Shown here: piece after piece, positions 54,076 through 64,000 of the stretch | Layout of the letters: the number at the start of each line of letters is the position of its first letter | Position numbering within the stretch: the first letter of the stretch is position 1 | DNA from: Octopus vulgaris | Taxonomy: Eukaryota | DNA: 64,000 bases | NCBI GenBank assembly: GCA_951406725.2 | Contig: OX597818.1 | Coordinates: 114,762,001 to 114,826,000, forward strand | Reading direction: 5' to 3' | Program-made: the position numbers and the translations under genes | Notes under the pieces: generated by a model | What the model saw: the letters and a program-made list of their open reading frames with translations, nothing else | Databases searched by the model: none | Told to the model about the DNA's origin: nothing

Positions 54076-54475
54076 AGGCGGCGAGCTGGCAGAGACGTTA
54101 GCACGCTGGACGGAATGCTTAGCGGTATTTCGTCTGCCGTTACGTTGTGAGTTCAAATTCCGCCGAGGTCGACTTTGCTATTCATCCTTTCGGGGTTGAT
54201 AAATTAAGTACCAGTTACGCACTGGGGTCGATGTAATCGACTTAATACCTATGTCTGTCCTTGTTTGTTCCCTCTGTGTTTAGCCCCTTGTAGGTAGTAA
54301 AGAAATAGGTATTTTGCCCGTCTGCACGTTCTGAGTTCAAATTCCGCTGAGGTCGACTTTCCCTTTCATCATTTCGGGGTCGATAAATTAAGTACCAGTT
54401 GCGTATTGGGATGGTTCTAATCGGCTGGCCTCTCCCCCAAAACTTCAGGCCTTGTGCCTAGAGTAGAAAAGAATA
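54076..54475 (+). mobile_element. SINE family B dimer
   Basis: Long-tail unit, then restart at ggtatttt...ctgagttcaaattcc with short tail. Confidence 0.9.
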
Positions 54476-54984
54476 TAAATGTACGTATATAGGTATACAT
54501 GTACATATATGTATACATATATATATATATACATATACATATATATATATTTCCTTTTAGAACCATCAAACGAATACTTTCATTCGTCCTTTGATTTTGA
54601 TTTTCTTTTCTGTCTCTCACTTATCAGTCGTCTGTGGCTAATTTAGAAAACTCATTTGTTTGTCTCCACGCAATATGTAAACAATTTAGAGGCGATAGGA
54701 CCTGAAAATCGCCTAAGTCAATTCTTTGCATGTTGTAGTGTATGTAAGAAGCATTCCTTCGCTATCATAACACGGTTGTAGTCCATCTTTTACCTGTCCC
54801 ATTCTTTACTTTCTTGTATATATATATATATATATATATGTTTTGTGTGTGTGTGTGTGTGTGTACATGTGTGTGTATATGTTGTGTGTGTGTGTGTGTG
54901 AAAGAGTTGAAAATTAGTAAAATTTTTACGCATATGCATATATAGATATTTTGAATAAAACAAATTTTGCTTTTGTTTAATATA

Positions 54985-55120
54985 CGACGCAGGCGTGGGT
55001 GTGTGGTAAGAATCTTGCTTGTCAACCACATGGTTCCGGTTTCCTTCCCACTGCATGCAACCTTGGTCAAGTGTCTTCTAGTACGGCCTCAGACCGACTA
55101 AGATTTGTGAGTGGAATTAG
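54985..55120 (+). mobile_element. SINE family A 5' fragment
   Basis: gcgcaggcgtgggtgtgtggtaag...caaccacatggttccgg. Confidence 0.7.
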
Positions 55121-55234
55121 CTGATGCGACCCTCAGGCATCAGTCTGCCGACTAAAATCATCCGCTACGATCGTACTGCTACGTAGTGCGTCTTTGTTTT
55201 GCAGTGCTTCTCCCTTTTTTCGCCGATTCTTGCG

Positions 55235-55470
55235 ATGGATGAAACGAGAGAACTGTGCGATTCGCGAAATTTTGTTTTCTATTTGGGGAAACCCAACAAT
55301 TGGGGAAACCGAAACTATTGTCAGGCTTGAAACAGCTTACAAGGACGCTGCTGCCATGGGCAAAACACAGTTTTTGAGTGGTTTTCACACTTTAGATATG
55401 ATCACTTGTCACTTGAGAACCAACCATGTTCAGGGCGACCATCGATTTCCTGAATGAATGAAAATATCAC
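55235..55470 (+). mobile_element. Tc1/mariner transposase N-terminal (HTH) remnant
   Basis: Frameshifted pieces KFCFLFG / ETIVRLETAYKDAAAMGKTQ / FEWFSHFR...SLENQPCSGRPSIS*MNENI (cf. FEWFxRFK...EDxPRSGRPST). Confidence 0.8.
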
Positions 55471-55876
55471 GGGTCTCCAGTTTTTTGCTTTTGTTCAGAT
55501 ATTCTTCAATTATTTCTCGAAACCGTGTGGTACTCTCAACATACATTTGAAAGTAATGTTTTAATACTAACGTTGGTTTATTTCATTCATCTTATCTTCA
55601 TTATGCTCTCTGTATACATAACAAAGAGAAAAGCTTCTTTGACACAGTCAAGTTTCAATACATTTCTGATTCAGTTGTTTTTGTAAAAGTCATACAGTTA
55701 TTCTGCCACACTCAACGTATCTTATGCTTTCAACGAACGGTATCATTACTATGGAACGGAACTGGGGTCATAATCTATTAGATACACAAGAACTCTTACC
55801 GTATTATTAAGACAAATAAATAATTTCAGTGATAATACCATATTATATATGGTCATATATATATATATATATATAT

Positions 55877-55923
55877 AGCCTTATGAGTGGATTTGGTAAA
55901 CAGAAACTGAAAGAAGCCCTTCG

Positions 55924-55959
<36 letters not shown>

Positions 55960-55966
55960 CGTGTGT

Positions 55967-56005
<39 letters not shown>

Positions 56006-56241
56006 TGTATGTGTGTGTGCGTATGTGTGTCTGTGTTTGTGTGTCTGTGTTTTTTTCCCCCACCATCGCTTGACAACCGATTCTGGAGTCTTTTCGCCCC
56101 CGTAACTTAGCTGTTCGGCAAAAGAGAACGATAGAATAAGTACTGAGCTTGCAAAGAATAACTCCTGTGGTCGATTTGCTCGACTATAGGCGGCGGTGCT
56201 CCAGCATGGTCATTTTCAAATGACTGAAACAAGTAAAAGAA
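55877..56241 (+). mobile_element. SINE family A, 5'-truncated
   Basis: gccttatgagtggatttggta...gaaacaagtaaaag. Confidence 0.88.
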
Positions 56242-56795
56242 TATATATATATATATATATATCAACATACAGGCACATACACGCGCACATAAACATGTAT
56301 TAATATGTGTCTGTCTGTGGCAAGTAACATGACCGCCTATAATATGTTGTAACTGAGATAAATATGTCGTGTTATAGCTGCGGTATTGATTTAAAACGCA
56401 TCTCCCATCATATAGACTGTCTTCTTATTTTCTGTTAATACGATATACTGCTACGCACCATTCGTTTCCATTGCATCTCTTGTTATTAGTGGATCTATTA
56501 TAAGTTTTTAATGGAGTCTGATGTTATTCTTTGATACGTATTTTTTCTTTCTCTTTTTCTATTGGTAATTATATTTTTAATGTTAATTATTGATATATTT
56601 AATGTAAGGCCTCCCCTATGAATCGAACGTACAACTACACAATAAGCATTATAAATATAGGTATGTGTATAAATATATATATATATATATATATATGCTA
56701 AATAATTATTTGACATTACGGAAAAACTAATAGCTAACCTCCAGCGAATAGACCAATAATAATGCTTACGTTTGCGAAAACTGCAAACAAATTAT

Positions 56796-56958
56796 AGGCG
56801 CAGAAGTGGCTTGCTTACCAACTACATGGTTTCGGGTTCAGACCCACTGCGTGGCACCTTGGGCAAGTGTCTTCTACTATAGCCTCTGGCCGACCAAAGC
56901 CTTGTGAGTAGATTTGGTAGACGGAAACTGAAAGAAGCCCGTCGTATATATGTATATG

Positions 56959-57029
<71 letters not shown>

Positions 57030-57245
57030 CTGTGTCTGTGTTTGTCCACCCTCCCACCCCCGACATCGCTTGACAAGCGATGCTGGTGTGTTTACGTCCC
57101 CGCAACCTAGCAGTTCGGCAAAAAGCTCGATAGTATAAGTACTCGGCTTACAAAGAATAAGTCCTGGAGTCGATTTGCTCGACTAAAGGCCGTGTTCCAG
57201 CATGGCCGCAGTCAAATGACTGAAACAAGTGAAAAGAAAGAATAA
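56796..57245 (+). mobile_element. SINE family A, near full length
   Basis: Family head (with small deletion) and tail. Confidence 0.9.
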
Positions 57246-57260
57246 AAATTATTAGTTAGA

Positions 57261-57682
57261 AGGTGGCGGACGGGCATAGCATTATTACCACACCGGAAAA
57301 ATATTTGGCGGCATTTCTTCAGATTTCGCCTTTAGTTCAAATGCCGCCGGGATTGACTTTGCATTTCATCTTTTCGGGGGTCGGTAAGATATGTACCACT
57401 TGAATACTGGTGTTGATGTTGTCGACTAGCCCCATCCTCCGACCTTACTGAGTGTTGTGTGGACGCCCCCAGACGATGAAGTAGGCTAGCCCAATACGTA
57501 GATGTAGAGGGAGAAGTCTAGACGTCGAGAGAAGAGTAGCGGTAGGAGTAGATAACGGTTGAGTAACGGTGAGGGCAGACTAGAGAACAGTTGAGTAGAG
57601 CAGGGGAGACTAGGAGTAGAGTTGAGTAGAGGTCATCCGAACGTGCGACATAACACTGACCTTGCGCCAAATTTCGAAACCA
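57261..57682 (+). mobile_element. Old SINE family B copy interrupted by an LTR-like insert
   Basis: gttcaaatgccgccgggattgactttgcatttcatc...; the tail resumes after the insert as ctgaccttgcgccaaatttcgaaacc. Confidence 0.65.
57453..57655. mobile_element. 203-bp solo-LTR-like insertion
   Basis: TGTTGTGT...ACATAACA inverted termini; near-TSD ctgag/ctgac; purine-skewed interior with gagtag repeats. Confidence 0.6.
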
Positions 57683-57912
57683 AATATAATTCATAACTTC
57701 ATTAAAACCCATTAACATTGTTAAGGATATTCTAAACGCTGCTGCAGAAATAATGTGTTATGATCAACATGTTTATGTTTTATTTCATCGCTTGATAGTG
57801 AGTGCCTTTTATGAATTTCACGTGGTTGGTAACCTTTGGCCGAGAACTACGTTCTTCATTCTCCACACTGACGGTCATGTTAGACGTGACTACATGACTC
57901 TTATTAACGACC

Positions 57913-58329
57913 TATTTCTTTACTACTCACAAGGGGCTAAACACAGAGAGGACAAACAAGGACAGACAAACGGATTAAGTCGATTATATCGACCCCAGTG
58001 CATAACTGGTACTTAATTTATCGACCCCGAAAGGATGAAAGGCAAAGCCGACCTCAGCGGAATTTGAACTCAGAACGTAACGGCAGACGAAATACCTATT
58101 TCTTTACTACCCACAAGGGGCTAAACACAGAGAGGACAAACAAGGACAGACAAACGGATTAAGTCGATTATATCGACCTCAGTGCATAACTGGTACTTAA
58201 TTTATCGATCCCGAAAGGATGAAAAGCAAAGTCGACCTCAGCGGAATTTGAACTCAGATCGCAACGGCAGACGAAATACGGCTACGCATTTCGCCCGGCG
58301 TGCTAACGTTTTTGCCAGCTCGACGCCTT
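57913..58329 (-). mobile_element. SINE family B dimer (young)
   Basis: 12-bp TSD ttattaacgacc (57901-57912 / 58330-58341); two near-identical ~180-bp units. Confidence 0.95.
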
Positions 58330-59705
58330 TTATTAACGACCGTGTGTACTTCCCATTTCTTTTGACTAATTTATATAAAAATAGAACCGAAGTATAAGCT
58401 CCGAAGTAGACATGTCTTCTAATTATTTTTTGCTAGCTCACTAATGTTCTTGGGAAAGAGATGAATGCCATATTATCCCATGCCTTTTTTTCTATAAAAA
58501 TGTCGTAAAATTGAGATGAAAATAACCTCGTTAATCATTTCTGCGTGTTAATTTAACCAAATATATTTTAGATATGTAAATATAAATCAATAAACAAATA
58601 CTAGATGAAACAGCTTCGTCATTGGACTGATAGCCATTTTGATAAAAAAAAAGAAGAAGAAGAAATAATCGAAGTCACACATTCCGAAAAAGAACATAAG
58701 AAATGAAAATTAAAGGCTGATACGCGGAATTAATAATTAATTCTTTCATTTTAAGAAAAGCGTTATGAGGTTTGTTTGAATAAAATATATAATTATATTC
58801 TTGCTACGTTTTTCTCATCCCTAAACCCCGTGTTGAATAATTAAGCCCAAAAGCAAAGCAAAAGTAAACAAGATATTTCATTTTCTTTTACAAACAATAA
58901 GATAGAAATAGATTCTACGAAAGCTAAACAATCTTAAAGATTTTATTGGAAAGATTTGCAATTATTGCTTATACGAAACGCTTAGATTCTAGCGTGTTTT
59001 ACATATTATTTACAGCAGAATGCGAGAAGGAAAGTAAACAACTTTTATATCAGTAAATGAATGGGTGTATCTATATGCGGGAGTGATGAGGAGTGGACCG
59101 GGAAGATGAGAGTAAATATATTAAAAACTTCACCGCAGCAACAACATATACAGAAAAAAATCAAGTGCAGACGAAATTGTTATATAGTTTTTCTTTCTCT
59201 TTTTTTTTTTTTTTGGCTCATAGACTAAAATATAAAATGTAATTAATTTTATAATTTATCGCTCTCAACATTACATTACTAAAATGTAAAATAATGGCTT
59301 TGGATGATCTGATCACAATAAACATACAAATGAAAAGTAATTATTGCAACAATAATATTAGAGTAATACATAATTTATTTAAAAGAAAAAATGAAACTGA
59401 TGAAGATGGTTTAGAAAACAACTGCAAGGCTAACTGAAAGTGAAGTAATGAAAACAGACAATAAATAAATAACGTGTTTACTCTTATTGCTTAGATTTCA
59501 ATATCGGAACTTGTAAAAAGGATTCGTCAAGTGAAACGGAGAAGTAATGTACCTCTCATTTGCACAGATATGGGCAGTGGGCATCATGTGCAGATCGGTA
59601 AATCTACAGATTCTCTTTGGCGAAACAAGAACCAGCACTGAAATTTCGTATGGGAAAGGACGCAACTTTCAGTGCTGGCTCAAATTCCTATAGAAATTCT
59701 GTAGA

Positions 59706-60125
59706 GGCGCAGGAGTGGCTGTGTGGTAAGTAGCTTGCTAACCAACCACATGGTTCCGGGTTCAGTCCCACTGCGTGGCACCTTGGGCAAGTGTCTTCTG
59801 CTATAGCCCCGGGCCGACCAATGCCTTGTGAGTGGATTTGGTAGACGGAAACTGAAAGAAGCCTGTCGTATATATGTATATATATATATAAGTGTGTGTG
59901 TATATGTTTGTGTGTCTGTGTTTGTCCCCCTAGCATTGCTTGACAACCGATGCTGGTGTGTTTACGTCCCCGTCACTTAGCGGTTCGGCAAAAGAAACCG
60001 ATAGAATAAGTACTGGGCTTACAAAGAATAAGTCCTAGGGTCGATTTGCTCGACTAAAGGCGGTGCTCCAGCATGGCCGCAGTCAAATGACTGAAACAAG
60101 TAAAAGAGTAAAAGAGTAAAAGAGT
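59706..60125 (+). mobile_element. SINE family A, young full-length copy
   Basis: ggcgcaggagtggctgtgtggtaag...gggttcagtccc...(gtaaaaga)n. Confidence 0.95.
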
Positions 60126-60720
60126 AGATAATTTTAGAAAGTAATTGAATCGCACTGCTAACAGAATTGTCGTATAAGTCTTTAATATACTTGGAAAGGT
60201 ACAAATGAACTCTGCTGAATTCTACAAACGAATAACGTCCTCATATTTCGTCGTTAATGACGAAACAAAAAGATTTTAAAGACTACACTATTTTCTTGTT
60301 ATATATTCTATAAACGCCGAGAAGAGGAAAGACAACTAAGAATAGTGTTTGTTAGAATATGAATTTAGAACATTTATAGACTCGACCGATCAAAATATTT
60401 AGTCAAGTATTCTAGAGTTCCTGAAATCAGTCACCGTAAATAGAATTACGTAGAAATGTTTTTTCGCACACGCGACAGGTCACATATTCAAACTGGAAAT
60501 ATGCTATCGATTCATTCGACTGATCGAAGGATCAATAAAATAAACATTAGATTTTGAAGATTTAGTTTGTTCAATCGCACTTACTTCATCCAATTGAAAA
60601 TTGTGGAATTTTTTACCTCTGCCCCTAAGGCATTTCATATCTTATTTCAGACCATTTTCCACGCCGTTCTACAGATTTCGCTACACGCCATCAGACTAAT
60701 AATGATTATTTTTATATATA

Positions 60721-60890
60721 AGCGCAGGAGTAGCTGTGTGGTGCGAAGCTTGCTTCCAAGCCACATGGTTCCGGGTTCAGCCCCACTGCGTGTCACCTTG
60801 GGCAAGTGTCTTCTACCGTAGCTTCAGGCCAACCAAAGCCTTGTGAGTGGATCTTGTAGATGGAAACTGAAAGAAGCCTGTCGTATATAT
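60721..60890 (+). mobile_element. SINE family A 5' half
   Basis: Head up to gaagcctgtcgtatata; a short inverted piece (ggggacaaacacagacac) follows at about 60952-60970. Confidence 0.85.
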
Positions 60891-61079
60891 GTGTGTGTGC
60901 GTGTATGTGAGTGTGTGTATGAGTGTGATAGTGTGTGTGTGTGAGTGTGATGGGGACAAACACAGACACAAAACAAACATACACACAAACACAAAACACT
61001 CACACAATCTCAAACACACACGCACATACATATATATGTAAATATGTATATATGTATATATACATATACATATACATAC

Positions 61080-61223
<144 letters not shown>

Positions 61224-61401
61224 GACTGCAAACGTTTCGATACATACAGATCCTCGTATATACGGGATTTAAAGTTAAGTTTGAATTAAATTATGTAACG
61301 ATTTACCTGCATAAGAAGATCTATATTTATCTCCTCAGGCGATACTCAGTTGGTGTCTCCGTAAGTAAATCTATATTCCCATGCTACAACATCCCTCAAC
61401 T

Positions 61402-61464
<63 letters not shown>

Positions 61465-62589
61465 GACATTATTACTACACATACTTTGAACGTGCATATT
61501 GTGTTTAAATGCCAGAAGCTGCAGTTTTCTGTTTGGCAAAAAATCATTTTAAGAACGTATAGTGTGGAAAAAAAGACAATATAGCCCAGAGCTAGGTGAA
61601 CAAGACAGTAACATTGTGTCTGGTATTGAGAAGGTTTATATTTAAGAGCTGCTTGTATTGCATAATCTGAAAAACACACACATGCACACATGTATGTATG
61701 TATGTATGTATGTATGTATGTATGTATGTATGTATGTATGTATTTGTGTATCTGTGTATCTGTTTTGCGAGGGTGCGTGCTTGAGTGTATCTCCGGACCT
61801 ATGACCAAAGATAAACAGTGAAATATCAGATACCAATGCAAAAAAAAAACTAGCAATATTTATTTCATAATAATTTATTTCTAACCATTCTTTTCTTACT
61901 ATCCTCACGTCAGCCATTTTATCTCCTTTTTTCTTTTTCTCTTTTCTCTTTTTCTTTTTTTTTTTTTTTTGGTTTTACATTTAGCGGGGTGGAGAACAGC
62001 TGTAACGCGTTTGATCTTTGCATAATATAAATGTAGATATCATTCTTATATTCGGAAATAGAACATTCTGTTGGCCATTGCATTCGACTCCACTGCATGT
62101 TCACCACAGTAAATTAAATCTCATTATCAATTGAAATATTTATATTATTAGTTCAATTTATCGAGTTTACGAGACTAATTTTAGCAACCAATTTGCCACT
62201 CTCCATCTTCGCTTTCAATACTTGAAACTATTTGCTCGTTTTCTGGAACGTTACATGCGCTTTAATAGATTGAATTTGATCTTTGATGTTTCGGCCAAAC
62301 TTGCAGGTTTAGGCACCTTACCAATATCCACCAAAGCATTACTGACTCAATTTGGCTCTTTATCAACTGCAGACTATTTTAAAAACATTAATTCTTTTTC
62401 CTCATCCAATATGTCCCACTTTCACTTTCGTATTTTTTACTCTGACTGAAAGAGAAAAAAAACTGACAATTGTATTATTTGATTATCATATTGAGCTTTA
62501 AGTTATTTAATCATTTACTCTTTTCCTAGATTCAGTCAAGTTACTGGACTGGGGCCATGCTACAGCACTGCCTCAAATGTTCTTCAGTA

Positions 62590-62980
62590 CATACAGGCGT
62601 GGTTGTGTGGTAAGAAGTTCGCTTACCAATTACATGGTTCATGGTTCAGTCTCATTGGGCATGTCTTCTACTAAAGCCTTGGACCGACCAAAGCCTTCTG
62701 AATGGAATTGGTAGGCGGGAGTTGAAAGAAGACCGTCGTATATATCTACATGTATGGGTGGGTGGTTGTGTGTGTATGTGTGTGTCTTTGTGTCTGTGTT
62801 ACCCCTCCACCGATTGACAACCGGTGTTGGTGTGTTTACGTCCCCATGACTTAGCTGTTCAGCACAAGTGATCGATAGAATAAGTACCAGGGTTTAAAAA
62901 AGAACATGAGTACTGGAGTCGATTAATTCGACTGAAATTCTGGCCACAGTCTCATGGCTGAAGCAGCAAAATGATAAAAG
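62590..62980 (+). mobile_element. Old SINE family A copy
   Basis: ggcgtggttgtgtggtaag...gacaaccggtgttggtgtgtttacgtcccc...gatagaataagtacc. Confidence 0.8.
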
Positions 62981-63621
62981 ATATTTAATTAATTAGAATA
63001 AAAGTAACTGACGCTATAATTTGTTATCAGTTTGAATATTAACTCTGTTATTAACACCCCACCCACTCTTGCTAATATCTACTTCATTTAAAGAAAGACC
63101 GAGATGTTATTGCTAGGATTATGGCTCCGGCTAATCCAAAAACTCTATCTTCAGTGATGTGAGGCTGCAAATAATAAATATTACGGACGAACACCTCTTG
63201 TGAAGGGGTCAACACCTGTTATGAAATTTGATTTTGCTTACGCTATTAAGGCATATGTGAAATGCACAAAAGCTATGAATTCGGAAATCTTTATAATCAT
63301 CACTGTGTGCAATCAACAAGAAAGGAAGTTTTATTGCTTTATTGATGTTGATTATTAAGCGGAAATAATAATGTTTAAGAGCAGCAGGGTGGTGTGTGTG
63401 CGTGTGTGTGTTATAGATTAGATGAAACTCATTATTTAATTGCTACAGTTTTTTATTGTCTGCGGATAGATGAAAATAGGAATTAATCTCAGTGGGACTC
63501 GTATTCACAACTTAAATAGCAATAACTTATCGCTGAGTAGCAGTAAGGACATTTTCATTTATCGAGGCTGATCAACCCTATCTGCTAACTCGTTCAATCC
63601 ATGTCGTTCAATCCATTTCAG

Positions 63622-63840
63622 GTAGACCCCAACAAAATGTCCTTTCTGCTGCCTTCATTTGGGTGGTGATAGCTCTCGTTCTCTACAGTAATTACCTGAT
63701 GAGTGGGTAGAGGTACAACATTGAAAAGGAAGAAATACTATGAAAGTGAAGTGGAAGACTGCTGCAGGAACCGGATCAGAACCAAATGCATCCCTGTGGA
63801 ACCGCGCAGGTAATGGTTCACAGATAGATTACTTAATAAA
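63622..63840 (+). mobile_element. Possible HERO/NeSL-like RLE LINE fossil
   Basis: KRKKYYESEVEDCCRNRIRTKCIPVE resembles ERKxxKYxxLVxxCxxxGWxxxCxPVEVG; heavily decayed. Confidence 0.45.
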
Positions 63841-63854
63841 GACAAGGAATTCCG

Positions 63855-63942
<88 letters not shown>
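63855..63942. repeat. (TAA)n microsatellite
   Basis: Direct reading. Confidence 0.95.
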
Positions 63943-63945
<3 letters not shown>

Positions 63946-64000
63946 CAAGAGCATCCATAAAGCTCAAATCTCCGCCAACGCAACACTAACGTCCTCTCAA

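Overview
AT-rich, microsatellite-dense animal DNA, most likely octopus/coleoid cephalopod (inferred from the tRNA-derived SINE families and the (TA)n/(CA)n/(CATA)n load). I found no credible host protein-coding gene: nearly all supplied ORFs are translations of microsatellites or SINEs. The window reads as intronic or intergenic transposon debris. It holds about 30 SINE copies in at least five families, degenerate LINE fragments (Vingi/Ingi APE, RTE, R4/Dong-like and HERO-like RLE), three Penelope-like (PLE) remnants, a Gypsy RT fossil, mariner fragments, two Helitrons, a 203-bp solo-LTR-like insert and a 181-bp tandem triplication. The most interesting signals are (i) short (TA)n-embedded foldback elements and PLE-flanking modules carrying minimal hammerhead-ribozyme-like motifs, (ii) several long near-perfect inverted repeats that would form dsRNA if transcribed, and (iii) a PLE whose RT appears C-terminal (Naiad-like) with a structured 3' region. 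Protein motifs were translated by eye, boundaries are approximate unless a TSD is quoted, and family names are from memory and need confirming by search.
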